From assembly GCF_028641065.1 (NCBI RefSeq), contig NW_026575814.1:62001-126000 (forward strand): 64,000 nt of DNA, given 5' to 3'. The notes beneath the pieces were generated by a model. That model saw only the letters and a program-made list of their open reading frames with translations, was not told where the DNA came from and made no database searches. Positions within the stretch are counted from its first letter, which is position 1, and each line of letters starts with the position of its first letter. The stretch comes from Leucoraja erinacea. Lineage: Eukaryota. This document shows, piece after piece, positions 11,691-24,847 of the stretch. Position numbers and translations under genes: made by a program.

Positions 11691-12551
11691 CAAGATACAA
11701 GATACAAGATACAATTTAATTGTCATTTGGACCCCTTGAGGTCCAAACGAAATGCCGTTTCTGCAGCCATACATTACATTACAACAAATAGACCCAAGAC
11801 ACAACATAATTTACATAAACATCCATCACATCGCTGTGATGGAAGGCCAAAAAAACCTATCTCTCTCCACTGCACTCCCCCCCGCCCCCCCCCCATCTCA
11901 GAGTCAAAGTCAATGCCCCCGGTTGGCGATGGCGATTGTCCCGCGGCCATTAAAGCCACGCCGGGTGGTGCGAGGTCGCACACCGGGTCTTGGTGTTAGA
12001 GCCCCCGGCGTGCGCTCGCAGAGTCCCGCAGCCATTCCAAGCCGCGCGGGGCGGTGCTGTCAGGCCCCGCTCCAGGAGCTCTTCAACCCCGCAACTCGGG
12101 CGGGGGAAGTCGTCGTTGCGAGAGCCCTGAAACGCGGTCTCCCTCCAGGGACCCGCGGGCTCCCGGTGCCGCCGTCCACCAGACCTGCAGTTGAAGCCTC
12201 CGAATCTCCGGAGGTCGGGCCGCAGCAGCAGCAGCAGCAGCGCTCCACCACCGCTCCACCCGCTCCGGACTCGGCCAGCTCCGCGACGGTGAGGTGAGTC
12301 GTCGGCACCAGAGCCCCCGGTCTCTTCCTGTTGGAGGCCGCTCCTCGTTGCAGCCCCAACGATAACGGAGACAGACAAGAAAAGGTCGGGTCTCCCGTGC
12401 AGGGAGAGATTTAAACGTTTCCCCCTCCCTCCCACACACACGTCCCAACAAAAAATAACAAAAACTACATAGAAACATAGACAGAAAATAATAAAAACGC
12501 GGACGGGCTGCAGAGGCCGCTGCTGACGAGAGTCGCGCCGCCTACCGGACT
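11691..12551 (-). mobile_element. CpG-rich non-autonomous retroelement (~860 bp) with (TGTATCT)n tail
   Basis: Highly similar partial copies at 19107-19571 and 43570-44196. 3' end tgacaattaaa-microsatellite resembles Rex1/Babar tails. Confidence 0.75.
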
Positions 12552-13744
12552 GGTGCCCTCTTATTGGAAAGGATGTTTCTTTAGACTCTAGAGATACAGT
12601 GTGGAAACAGACCCCTCAGCCCACTGAGTCCGCACCAACCAGCGATCACCCTGAACACTAGCACGATCCTAAGTAAGTAAGTAAGTTCATTGGCCAAGTA
12701 TTCACATACAAGGAATTTGTCTTGGTGCTCTGCCCACGTAACAACATGACACAGTGACAGTTACGAATGACTCAGAAAACATGAAACATTAATAATAATA
12801 AAACATGAATGATAAAACACCATTGATCAAGCATGTGAACCAACAAAATACCTGATTAAAGGGAGGCTACAGATTTTTGGCTGTTGAGTAGAGCAACTAC
12901 TCGTGGATAAAAATTGTTTTTATGTCTGGCTGTGGCAGCTTTGACAGTCCGGAGTTGCCTTCCAGTGGGAAGTGATTCAAAGAGTTTGTGCTACGCACTA
13001 GGGGCAATTTATAATTTCGACTGAAGCCATTTAACCTACAAGTCCGCACATCTTTGGAGAATGGGAGGAATTTGGAGCTCCCTAAGAAAATGCGCACAGT
13101 CCCAGTGAGAACGTGCAAACTCCGTACAGAGAGCACTCCGAAATAAAAACGTGGGACCACTCAGCAGGTCAGGCAGCATCCATGGATGTTGTAGATAGAT
13201 AGCCCCCGAAACATATAGTAGACCAGTGATCACTGCTGCGCTGTGGACTGCAAGCTTTGTGCCAGGCCTGAGGTTTTCACCAGATCATGGGTCATTGGAG
13301 CAGAATTAGGCCATTGAGTCCATCGAGTCTGCTCTGCCATACATCTCCATTCTAATGGCATGGCCTTTAATTCTGAGGCTGTGCCCTCTGGTCCTAGAAT
13401 CTTCTCCACAATCACTCTGTCCAGGCCTTTTGACCTGAGATATCACATTTACGTTTCATATCTCTAAGTTTCCCTCCCTCCTGACTCTCGGTCTCAAGAA
13501 GAGTATGGGCAAAAGCATCAGCTATTCCTTTCCCCCAGAGACGCTGCCTGACCAGCTGAGTAACTCCAGCATTAGTGATGAATGTTTTTTCTCAGTTCCC
13601 CAACACAGTTAAATACCGATTTGACCACTATCTAATTATTTGGAAATCTTGGTAGTTCGATGCGAGGCAGATGCTGACTCCCACCATCCCTCTCACACAC
13701 TGGAGCCCAGTTCTACTGATCCTTTAAAACGCTGGGGTCTGCTA

Positions 13745-14185
13745 AACATAGAAACATAGAAATTAGGTGCAGGAGTAGGCCATTCGGCCCTTCGAGCCTG
13801 CACCGCCATTCAATATCATGGCTGATCATCCAACTCAGTATCCCGTACCTGCCTTCTCTCCATACCCCCTGATCCCCTTAGCCACAAGGGCCACATCTAA
13901 CTCCCTCTTAAATATAGCCAATGAACTGGCCTCAACTACCCTCTGTGGCAGAGAGTTCCAGAGATTCACCACTCTCTGTGTGAAAAAAAGTTCTTCTCAT
14001 CTCGGTTTTAAAGGATTTCCCCTTTATCCTTAAGCTGTGACCCCTTGTCCTGGACTTCCCTAACATCGGGAACAATCTTCCTGCATCTAGCCTGTCCAAC
14101 CCCTTAAGAATTTTGTAAGTTTCTATAAGATCCCCTCTCAATCTTCTAAATTCTAGAGAGTATAAACCAAGTCTATCCAGTCTTT
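13745..14185 (-). mobile_element. CR1 family A 3' fragment
   Basis: A-family sequence and tail. Confidence 0.9.
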
Positions 14186-14336
14186 GTTACCCACGCTCCT
14201 GTTAAACTCACCTGTGTCCTGTTGGCTTTTAAAGATTATCTATTTTTGCTGTGAAATGTATCATACATTGAATAATATCTTCAATACAAATATATTAAAT
14301 GGATGTCAAAATACTATTTTCTATTGTCCAATGGGT

Positions 14337-14348
14337 AATAAAAATAAA
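14337..14348 (+). terminator. Tandem AATAAA polyadenylation signals (gene A)
   Basis: AATAAAAATAAA in unique AT-rich sequence, with ATTAAA about 20 nt downstream. Confidence 0.45.
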
Positions 14349-14764
14349 CTATAATACAAATCGATTAAAAGGACATCAGAATATTATTTGCTTCTCATCT
14401 TCAGTTTCGAAGAGTGATCTGGTTAGCGTACAGAGAAGATTTACGAGGATGTTGCCAGGACTTGTGTGTCTGGGCTATCGGGTAGAGGTTGAGCAGGCTG
14501 GGACTCAATTCCTTGGAGAGCAGGTGGATGAAGGGATATGGGTGTATAAAATCATGAGAGGAATAGATCGGGTAGATGCACCGAGTCTCGTGCCCAGAGT
14601 CGGGGAATCGAGGTCCAGAGGATATTGGTTTGAGGTGAACAGAGGAATAGGAATCTGATGGGTAACTTTTCCCACACAAAGGGTGGTGGGAGTATGGAAT
14701 GAGGTGCCAGAGGAGGTAGTTGATGCAGGGACTATCCCAACATTTAAGAAACAGTTAGACTGGT

Positions 14765-15156
14765 AACCATATAACCATATAACAATTACAGCACGGAAAC
14801 AGGCCATCTCGGCCCTACAAGTCCGTGCCGAACAAAATTTTTTTCCCCTTAGTCCCACACCTGCCTGCACTCATACCATAACCCTCCATTCCCTTCTCAT
14901 CCATATGCCTATCCAATTTATTTTTAAATGATACCAATGAACCTGCCTCCACCACTTCCACTGGAAGCTCATTCCACACCGCTACCACTCTCTGAGTAAA
15001 GAAGTTCCCCCTCATATTACCCCTAAACTTCTGTCCCTTAATTCTGAAGTCATGTCCTCTTGTTCGAACCTTCCCTATTCTCAAAGGGAAAAGCTTGTCC
15101 ACATCAACTCGGTCTATCCCTCTCATCATTTTAAAGACCTCTATCAAGTCCCCCCA
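14765..15156 (-). mobile_element. CR1 family B1 3' fragment within an older + strand CR1 (~14420-15545)
   Basis: B1 sequence. Flanks are degenerate CR1 (VQRRFTRMLPG). Confidence 0.85.
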
Positions 15157-15192
15157 TGGTACATTGATAGGACATGTTTGGAGGGATATGGA

Positions 15193-15465
15193 CAGGGGCA
15201 GATTAACCATTAAGCAGACTAAGCATGTGCTTAGGGCACCAGGGCCAAAGGGGGCACCACAAAGTTGGGAAAAGGGTGAAAAGAAGAAAAAAAAAATGAA
15301 GATTTGTAAAAAAAAAAAAAAAAAAAATGTTTGTACTGCTGCAACCTGCATTGTATATCTGGTCAGACAGGTCAACAACTAAAATGGACTGGGTCAGTGT
15401 GGAAAGGAGGGGGGCACCAAGATTTGTCAGTGCTTAGGGCAGCAGTGAGCCTTAATCCGCCCCTG
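15193..15465. mobile_element. hAT-type MITE
   Basis: TIRs CAGGGGCAGATTAA / TTAATCCGCCCCTG, 8-bp TSD GATATGGA. Confidence 0.85.
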
Positions 15466-15715
15466 GATATGGACCAAACACAGGTAGATGGGACTAGTGT
15501 AGCTGGGACATGTTGGGCCGAAGGGCCTGTTTCCACTCTAGGTTAAGACTCTAAAACATGAGGGACTTACAGAGACACAAGGAAGGGCAGATGCTGGAAT
15601 CTTGAGCAAAAGCACAAAGTGGGTGTGGAACTCAGTGGCATCTACGGGGGTGGGGGGAAATGAACAGGCAATGGTTCAGATTGGGGCCTTCTTTGGTACA
15701 GAGTATGGCAAGTTA

Positions 15716-16216
15716 AACCATATAACAATTACAGCACGGAAACAGGCCATCTCGACCCTTCTAGTCCGTGCCGAACACATAATCTCCCCTAGTCCCATAT
15801 ACCTGTGCTCAGACCATAACCCTCCATTCCTTTCCCGTCCATATAACTATCCAATTTATTTTTAAATGATAAAAACGAACCTGCCTCCACCACCTTCACT
15901 GGAAGCTCATTCCACACAGCTACCACTCTCTGAGTAAAGAAGTCCCCCTCATGTTACCCCTAAACTTCAGTCCCTTAATTCTCAAGTCATGTCCCCTTGT
16001 TTGAATCTTCCCTACTCTCAGTGGGAAAAGCTTTTCCACGTCAACTCTGTCTATCCCTCTCATCATTTTAAAAAACCTCTATCAAGTCCCCCCTTAACCT
16101 TCTGCGCTCCAAAGAATAAAGCCCTAACTTGTTCAACCTTTCTCTGTAACTTAGTTGCTGAAACCCAGGCAACATTCTAGTAAATCTCCTCTGTACTCTC
16201 TCTATTTTGTTGACAT
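15716..16216 (-). mobile_element. CR1 family B2 3' fragment
   Basis: B2 sequence and tail. Confidence 0.9.
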
Positions 16217-17112
16217 AAACCTAATGATGTTTCCCCCAGTTGAGATCAGGCAACTGAATCATCCTACCACAACCAGTGAGCAGTGCTGAACTACTATCTA
16301 CCTTTTTGATGTCTCTCGGACTATGCTGGCTTTACCTTGCACTAAACGTTATACCCTTATCATGTGTCTATACACTGTAAATTGATTGATTGTAATCATA
16401 TATTGTCTATCTGCTGACGGGTTAGCGCGCAACAAAAAGCTTTTCACTGTACCTTGTTACACGTGACAATAAACTAAACTGAACTGGCTGAGATGAATTA
16501 TACATGAGGCTCGCAGACATAAAAATATATCGCTATCGAACCTGCAGGAATGCATTGAGATTAAATTCCTTCATGCATTACTGATGGTCCACTGTGGAAC
16601 ATCTGTGATGCCAAGAATATCATTTTGTGAACTAGTCACCCCACAATGACTGCTAGCACAGAGGGAAGATCGATGTGTCTACACCAGGTACACCAGGGAG
16701 GTGATGGTCTAATGTGGTAGAGTTACTGCCTTACAGAGCTTGCAGCACCAGAGACTCCGGTTCAATCCCAACTACGGGTGCTGTCTGTGCGGAGTTTGTA
16801 CGTGCTCCCCGAGACCGCGTGGGTTTTCTCCGAGATCTTCGGTTTCCTCTCACACTCCAAAGACAAACCGTATTGGCGTGTGCGTCGGACAGCGTTAATG
16901 TTGGGGGGGTCGCTGCAGACTCGGTGGGCCGAAGGGCCTGTTTCGCACTAGAAGGTAGACAAAAGTGATGGAGAAACTCAGCGGGTGCTGCAGCATCTAT
17001 GGAGCATTCCGGGCCGAAACCCTTCTTCAGACTGATGTCTACCTTCGATTTTCTACCTTCGATTTTCAAGCATCTGCAGTTCCTTCTTAAACACTGTTTC
17101 CACATTATAACA

Positions 17113-17885
17113 TATAACCATATAACCATATAACAATTACAGCACGGAAACAGGCCATCTCGACCCTTCTAGTCCGTGCTGATCACGTATTCTCCTAGTC
17201 CCATACATCTGCGTTCAGACCATAACCCTCCATAACTTTCCCGTCCATATAACTCCAAAGAATAATTTATTCTTTATTCTTTGGAGCGCAGAAGGTTAAG
17301 GGGGGACTTGATAGAGGTTTTTAAAATGATGAGAGGGATAGACAGAGTTGACGTGGAAAAGCTTTTCCCACTGAGAGTAGGGAAGATTCAAACAAGGGGA
17401 CATGACTTGAGAATTAAGGGACTGAAGTTTAGGGGTAACATGAGGGGGAACTTCTTTACTCAGAGAGTGGTAGCTGTGTGGAATGAGCTTCCAGTGAAGG
17501 TGGTGGAGGCAGGTTCGTTTTTATCATTTAAAAATAAATTGGATAGTTATATGGATGGGAAGGGAATGGAGGGTTATGGTCTGAGCGCAGGTATATGGGA
17601 CTAGGGGAGATTATGTGTTCGGCACGGACTAGAAGGGTCGAGATGGCCTGTTTCCGTGCTGTAATTGTTATATGGTTAACTATCCAATTTATTTTTAAAT
17701 GATATAAAACGAACCTGCCTCCACCACCTTCACTGGAAGCTCATTCCACACAGCTACCACTCTCTGAGTAAAGAAGTTCCCCCTCATGTTACCCCTAAAC
17801 TTCAGTCCCTTCATTCTCAAGTCATGTCGCCTTGTTTGAATCTTCTCTACTCTCAGTGGGAAAAGCTTATCCACGTCAACTCTGT
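17113..17885. mobile_element. CR1-B2 (+, ~17270-17677) nested head-on inside another CR1-B (-)
   Basis: The - copy breaks at ..cataact|atccaattt and resumes after the + copy. Confidence 0.85.
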
Positions 17886-17947
17886 TTACGTCAACTGTGA
17901 TTACATCTCTAAACTAAACTAAATGAAATGTGGAAACTAAGTCATAC

Positions 17948-17989
17948 TTTTTATGAAAAACCAGTGGTTTCATCTGATATTTTAATCTC
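17948..17989 (-). CDS. Tentative 42-bp micro-exon (EIKISDETTGFS* or RLKYQMKPLVFHK)
   Basis: Strong acceptor atatttcctttctacag|, donor |gtatga, unique sequence. Frame ambiguous. Confidence 0.25.
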
Positions 17990-18262
17990 CTGTAGAAAGG
18001 AAATATTCCATGCTTAACGGCTTTGGTTATTCATTGTGGTTGGGTCTTAACTGGCCTCTGCAATCATTCAATTTCAATTAACCCCTACAAAACAGCAGAC
18101 AACGGAGGCAGGTACAGGGTAGTGTGGAGGGGAGGGATGAAGTTTAGTTTAGTTTAGAGATACAGCGCAGAATCAGGCCCTATGGCCCACCTAGTCCGCA
18201 CTGACCAGCGATCTCCGCATATTAACACTATCCTACGCACATCCGGGCCAATTTAAACTTAT

Positions 18263-18737
18263 ACTGATTCCTGGGATGTCAGGACTGTCTTATGAAGAAA
18301 GACTGGATAGACTTGGTTTATACTCTCTAGAATTTAGGAGATTGAGAGGGGATCTTATAGAAACTTACAAAATACTTAAGGGGTTGGACAGGCTAGATGC
18401 AGGAAGATTGCTCCCAATGTTGGGGAAGTCCAGGACAAGGGGTCACAGCTTGAGGATAAGGGGGAAATCCTTTAAAACCAAGATGAGAAGAACTTTTTTC
18501 ACACAGAGAGTGGTGAATCTCTGGAACTCTCTGCCGCAGAGGGTAGTTGAGGCCAGTTCATTGGCTATATTTAAGAGGGAGTTAGATGTGGCCCTTGTGG
18601 CTAAGGGGATCAGGGGGTATGGAGAGAAGGCAGGTACGGGATACTGAGTTGGATGATAAGCCATGATCATATTGAGTGGCGGTGCAGGCTCGAAGGGCCG
18701 AATGGCCTACTCCTGCACCTAATTTCTATGTTTCTAT
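18263..18737 (+). mobile_element. CR1 family A 3' fragment within a V-SINE
   Basis: ORF 18276-18647. Confidence 0.9.
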
Positions 18738-19106
18738 ACCAAGCCAATTAACCTACAAACTTTGACATTATTTCTTTGCCCGGAGATGTCGGAGAAAATC
18801 CACGCGGGTGACGGGAAGAATGTAGAAACTGTGTACAGCCAACACCCGTAGTCGGGATTGAATCTGGGTCTCTGGCGCTGTGAGGTATTAACTCTAACAT
18901 GACACCACTGTGCTGCCCAATTGTCTGATAACTCCTGGGAAGAAATTGTCGCTGGAGAACGTGGATAGGTGACATTTTGGGTCGGGACCCTTCAGTCTCT
19001 GGAGCCACCTTCCACTGGGCAATGGGATGGCAGGTCTGATGAATGTGTGGTGCGTAGTATGGGAAAGGCAGTTGTAGGTTTTTATACTAAAGGGACCACC
19101 TCTGGT

Positions 19107-19571
19107 CACCGGGAGCCCGCGGGTCCCTGGAGGGAGACCGCTTTTCAGGGCTCTCGCAACAGCGACTTCCCCCGCCCGAGTTGCGGGGTTGAAGAGCTCC
19201 TGGAGCGGGGCCTACATCACTGCCCCGCGCGGCTTGGAATGGCCGCGGGACTCTGCGAGCGCACGCCGGGAGCTCTAACACCAAGACCCGGTGTGCGACC
19301 TCGCACCACCCGGCGTGGCTTTAATGGCCGCGGGACAATCGCCATCGCCAGCCGGGGGCTTTGACTTTGACTCTGACATGGGGGGGGGGGGGAGAGTGCA
19401 GTGGAGAGATAAGTTTATTTGGCCTTCCATCACAGCGATGTGATGGATGTTTATGTAAATTATGTTGTGTCTTGGGTCTATGTGTTTGTAATGTATGGCT
19501 GCAGAAACGGCATTTCGTTTGGACCTCAAGGGGTTCAAATGACAATTAAATGTATCTTGTATCTTGTATCT
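19107..19571 (+). mobile_element. CpG-rich non-autonomous retroelement, 5'-truncated copy
   Basis: Reverse complement of 11691-12170. Confidence 0.75.
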
Positions 19572-19917
19572 CTGGGGCAAGTGTGACTTTCACAAGCTGG
19601 ACAGCTTGCACCTGGGCAATCTCCAGCCATGCCGACCCTTGCCTCTCCTCCATAGTTTCCCTTTTATTCCCCCCGCTCCCCTTCCCGCTCCATCCCCTTC
19701 CACCTGCATCCCTCCCTCCAGCTTACAATTCACCTCTCCTTTCAGAGCATCGCAGTGGCGCATCTGGTAGAGGCCTTGCTTCGTTGTGTCATGGACACAG
19801 TTTTGATCCTGATTTTGGGTGCTGTCTGTGCAGAGTTTGCACGTTCTCTGTCTGACCATGTGGGATTTCCCTCCGTGCCTCGGTTTCCTCCCACATTCCA
19901 AAGACAGGCGTGTTTGT

Positions 19918-20143
19918 AGGTAGACAAAAAAGCTGGAGAGACTCAGCGGGTGCGGCAGCATCTATGGAGCGAATGAAATAGGCAACGTTTCGGGCCAAAA
20001 CGTTTCTTCTGACTGAGTCTGAAGAAGGGCTTTGGCCCGAGACTTTGCCTATTTCCTTCGCTCCATAGATGCTGCCGCACCCGCTGAGTTTCTCCAGCAC
20101 TTTTGTCTACCTTCGACTTTCCAGCATCTGCAGTTCCTTCTTG
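19918..20143. mobile_element. Inverted pair of Penelope-derived hammerhead repeats inside a V-SINE
   Basis: Arms are reverse complements around ~20015. Confidence 0.75.
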
Positions 20144-20854
20144 AAAAGCGGAGTTTGTAGGTCAATTACCCTGAGTGGGATAGGATAGAACTTGTGTGAA
20201 CTGGTGATCAGTGGTTGGCGTGAACTTGTTGGACCGAAGGGCAGGTTTCCAAGCTAATCTCGTAAATCTTTTTCTGTCATCTCACAACTTGTCTACTACG
20301 TTTCACCTCTAGCCTTTGCCACTTGCTCCACCCATCTCCTCCTCACCTGTATCCACCTATCACTTTTCATGTTTTGTTCCACCCCATCTGTCTTTTCCAG
20401 CTTTCTCCCCCCTACTCCTATCAGGCTGAAGAAGGATCCTGACTCGAAACGTTGTCCGCCAATTCCTTCCACAGTTGCTGCCTGAATCACTCAGTTCCTC
20501 CAGCACTTTGTGCTTTGCTCGGGATTCCAGCATCTGCAGTTCCTTGTGTCTACAACTGAACTGAAATTGAACCAACATCCTTACCGAAATTTCCCCTGTG
20601 CTGCTTGAGGAGGTGTAAGCTATTTTGACCATAACACCATAAGATATAGGAGCAGAATGAGGCCATTCAGCCCATCGAGTATTTTCCGCCATTCTCCTCC
20701 ATCATGGCTGATCTTTCCCTCTATATTCTACTTCCATCTCCCTGTAACCTTTCATGCCCTGTCTGAATAAGAACCTATCATTTCCGCTTTAAAAATATCC
20801 AATAACGGCCGCCTCAGCCATCTATGATAATTAATTCCTCAGATTCTGAGATTT

Positions 20855-21470
20855 TGAGTATAGAAGTTGGGATGTAATGTTAAAATTGTACAAGGCATTG
20901 GTGAGGCCAATTCTGGAGTATGGTGTACAATTTTGGTCGCCTAATTATAGGAAGGATGTCAACAAAATAGAGAGAGTACAGAGGAGATTTACTAGAATGT
21001 TGCCTGGGTTTCAGCAACTAAGTTACAGAGAAAGGTTGAACAAGTTAGGGCTTTATTCTTTGGAGCGAAGAAGGTTAAGGGGGGACTTGATAGAGGTTTT
21101 TTAAAATGATGAGAGGGATAGACAGAGTTGACGTGGAAAAGCTTTTCCCACTGAGAGTAGGGAAGATTCAAACAAGGGGACATGACATGAGAATTAAGGG
21201 ACTGAAGTTTAGGGGTAACATGAGGGGGAACTTCTTTACTCAGAGAGTGGTAGCTGTGTGGAATGAGCTTCCAGTGAAGGTGGTGGAGGCAGGTTCGTTT
21301 TTATCATTTAAAAATAAATCGGATAGTTATATGGATGGGAAGGGAATGGAGGGTTATGGTCTGAGCGCAGGTATATGGGACTAGGGGAGATTATGTGTTC
21401 GGCACGGACTAGAAGGGTCGAGATGGCCCGTTTCCGTGCTGTAATTGTTATATGGTTATATGGTTATATG
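20855..21470 (+). mobile_element. CR1 family B2 3' fragment
   Basis: ORFs 20877-21104 and 21106-21384 (frameshift). Confidence 0.9.
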
Positions 21471-21845
21471 AGTATGACTGTCCTCTCGTGGAGGATGTCT
21501 GTGCGTGACTTTGTTTGACGTGGGGAGACTGGTGCACAGACAGCCAACACACGGACCTTGACAGATCTGGGTCAGGATCCAGTGGCGTGGAGTCCAAGAC
21601 CCTTTTCTGCCGCAGCCTTCATCCGTCTCCCCAGCCGTTATGACGTTAGCTCCACTAAGGTCAGCCATCGTCCTCCGCCTGTTCCACCGTTGAGGTCTTG
21701 GTTGGATTGCTCTTTGTCAGAGACCTCCCCCCCTCGACCTTACCGCCATGGGTGGCCCTACCAGGAGCATAGCTCCAGACGGCATCGCTCTCAGGATCCC
21801 AGGACCACACAAGCATCTCCACCACGCCAAGGTGACAATCCACAG
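21471..21845 (-). mobile_element. RTE-clade non-autonomous/5' UTR fragment
   Basis: Resembles RTE 5' UTR motifs (ccttggcgtggtggag..atgctcctggtagggccaccca). Recognised from memory, not searched. Confidence 0.5.
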
Positions 21846-21914
21846 AGATATATTCCTAATATACCCTCACCAGCATCTGATAAAGCCTCAGCATTTGCTC
21901 CTTAGTTTTATATT

Positions 21915-22244
21915 ATAACCATATAACAATTACAGCACGGAAACAGGCCATCTCGGCCCTACAAGTCCATGCCGAACACATTTTTTTCCCCTTAGTCCCA
22001 CCTGCCTGCACTCATACCATAACCCTCCATTCCCTTCTCATCCATATGCCTATCCAATTTATTTTTAAATGATACCAATGAACCTGCCTCCACCACTTCC
22101 ACTGGGAGCTCATTCCACACCGCCACCACTCTCTGCGTAAAGAAGTTCCCCCTCATATTACCCCTAAACTTCTGTCCGTTAATTCTGAAGTCATGTCCTA
22201 TTGTTTGAATCTTCCCTATTCTCAAAGGGAAAAGCTTGTCCACA
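21915..22244 (-). mobile_element. CR1 family B1 3' fragment
   Basis: ORF 21992-22243. Confidence 0.9.
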
Positions 22245-22494
22245 TTCTAGTCCCCTTGAAATAAATTTGCCTTTCCTACCCTCATCTCAACCTGGAAAAT
22301 AGTCTAAAGAAGGGTTTTGGCCTGAAACGTTGCCTATTTCCTTCGCTCCACAGATGCTGCTGCACCCGCTGAGTTTCTCCAGCATTTTTGTCTACCTTCG
22401 ATTTTCCAGCATCTGCAGTTCCTTCTTAAACACCGGAAATTAATCTTTCAGGAACCCTGCACCAGCACTCTCAAGTCCCTTTGCCTCTCTGATT

Positions 22495-24170
22495 TATTTA
22501 TTAATAACTTTATTTTTGGTTTTCAAGTTATAAACACAAATTTACGCAGAACATCAACAAACAGTTCAGAACAGTACAAAACATATATACCCCCCTCCCC
22601 TTCCTCGTCTCAAAAACTAGAAAGAGAATTTTTTTTTTAAGTCAGAGTCTTGTGTTCAACAGCAACATACACATATGAATAAATGATTATGATTGCGCAG
22701 ACAATATTTTCAGTTAAAGGAAAAATCTGTAATAAGATCTATAAAAGGGTTCCAGGTCAGAGCAAGGTTTCTGCGGGTGTTGCACCGTTTCTACCTGATC
22801 TTTTCCCAAGGGTTAAAAGGAGAGCACCTCCTTTAATTGGGGCTCAACACCTCCCTGTGTGCCTGGGTCCTGGACTTTCTCACCGCCAGGCCCCAGGTAG
22901 TCAAGATGGGAGGGAATACATCGAAGTCCCTCACCCTGAGCACAGGATCGCCCCAGGGTTGCGTCCTCAGCCCCCTATTGTACTCCCTGTACACACATGA
23001 CTGTGTGGCTAGGTTCAGCTCCAATTCAATAATCAAGTTTGCTGATGACACTGTGGTGGTGGGCCTGATCTCAGACAACGATGAGAAGGCCTACCGGGAG
23101 GAGGTGGCTGATCTAGCACTCTGGTGCCAGGAGAACAGCCTCCTCTTGAACATCAAAAAAACGAAGGAGCTGATCATGGACTTTAGGAGGGCACATCATC
23201 CGAGGACGTACACTCCATTGAGTATAAATGGGGATCCTGTGGATAGGGTGAACTGTTTTAAATATCTGGGAGTCCACATCTCTGAGGATATGACATGGTC
23301 ATCACACGCCTCAGCACTGGTGAGTAAGGCAAGGCAGCGCCTTTACCACCTCAGGCAATTGAGGAAATTCAGAGTGTCTCCAAGGATCCTCCAGTGCTTC
23401 TACGCAGCGGCGGTGGAAAGCATCTTGTCCGGGAACATTACCATCTGGTTTGGGAATTGCTCTGCCAAGGACAAGAAGGCTCTGCAGAGAGTAGTGCGTT
23501 CGGCCGAACGCACTATGGGAACTTCACTCACCCTCCTGCAGGAACTATACAACAGGAGGTGCAACTCCAGAGCAAATAAAATCATGAGAGACCTCTTCCA
23601 CCCCTGCAATGGACTGTTCCAGCCGCTACGGTCAGGCAAACGCCTCCGTTGCCATGCAGTGAGAACGGAGAGGTTGAGAAGGAGTTTCTTCCCAGAGGCA
23701 ATTCGGACTGTAAACGCCTATCTCACCAGGGACTAACTCTACAGAACGTTTTTCCTTCTATTATTTATTATGTAAAAGAATATGTGTGTTATGATTGTGT
23801 TTATAATTTGTTTGGTTGTTTTGTTGTTTGTCTTTTGCACAAAAGTCCGCGAGCATTGCCACTTTCATTTCACTGCACATCTCGTATGTGTATGTGACAA
23901 ATAAACTTGACTTGACTTGACTTGACTTGACTTGACTTAACCATTGCAAAAATGATCGAGCTTGTTTTGACTTCCAGTTGAAAAGAATACAAGCAATGCT
24001 TGTAAATTTGTAAGCTTACAGTTTGGGGGTGATATTCCAAAGATAGCTGTTAAAACAGTTTGGTACAACAGGAAACAAAGAGAGAAGAATGGATTTCTTA
24101 TACAAATAATATGGTAAGTAAATTTCTTTGAGCTGTATGTTTTTTATACTTTATTAAGAGATAGGACTGA
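22495..24170 (-). mobile_element. Degenerate L1/Tx1-like 3' fragment, split by a Rex1/Babar insertion
   Basis: AT-rich 3' UTR with AATAAA on -. Decayed ORF2 C-terminal motifs (EKIR..TWxPF-like). Confidence 0.45.
22833..23937 (+). mobile_element. Rex1/Babar-clade LINE, RT C-terminal part with intact 299-aa frame
   Basis: [33 protein letters not shown] motifs. Tail aataaa(CTTGA)n. Confidence 0.9.
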
Positions 24171-24334
24171 TTGAAGACAAATTTCTTGATAAAATTGGAG
24201 ATAACAATCTGCGTGGTTTGCAAGATTTTTGAAAGCCGACTAACGGCTCGCCGGGGAGATAACAATCTGTGCAAGCGCGGTTATCAAGATTTTTAAAAGC
24301 CACTGCCTACCCTGACTAATTACTCTCGGCACGT

Positions 24335-24847
24335 AACCATATAACCATATAACAATTACAGCACGGAAACAGGCCATCTCGGCCCTACAAGTCCATGCCG
24401 AACAGTTTTTTTTTTTCCCCTTAGTCCCACCTGCCTGCACTCATACCATAACCCTCCATTCCCTTCTCATCCATATGCCTATCCAATTTATTTTTAAATG
24501 ATACCAATGAACCTGCCTCCACCACTTCCACTGGGAGCTCATTCCACACCGCTACCACTCTCTGCGTAAAGAAGTTCCCCCTCATATTACCCCTAAACTT
24601 CTGTCCCTTAATTCTGAAGCCATGCCCTCTTGTTTGAATCTTCCCTATTCTCAAAGGGAAAAGCTTGTCCACATCAACTCTGTCTATCCCTCTCATCATT
24701 TTAAAGACCTCTATCAGGTCCCCCCTTAACCTTCTGCGCTCCAGAAAATAAAGACCTAACTTATTCAACCTATCTCTGTAACTTAGTTGTTGAAACCCAG
24801 GCAACATTCTAGTAAATCTCCTCTGTACTCTCTCTATTTTGTTGACA
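24335..24847 (-). mobile_element. CR1 family B1 3' fragment
   Basis: ORF 24421-24921 (3' part). Confidence 0.9.

Larger units (their letters stand above)
13609..14370 (+). other. Probable terminal exon/3' UTR of gene A (first nt completes Ser, then TAA), interrupted by a CR1 insertion
   Basis: Acceptor ttttttctcagttccccaacacag|T TAA fits the phase-2 donor at 11554. AT-rich unique sequence resumes after the CR1. Confidence 0.45.

Noticed and set aside
11655-12478. Overlapping GC-rich ORFs with poly-Q/C/A tracts; CpG-island promoter
   Set aside because: Lies inside a dispersed repeat present three times in the window. Open frames reflect GC content.
22837-23736. 299-aa reverse transcriptase as a domesticated or novel gene
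   Set aside because: 5'-truncated Rex1/Babar copy with a LINE tail and a sibling at 47355-47991. No ATG or promoter.
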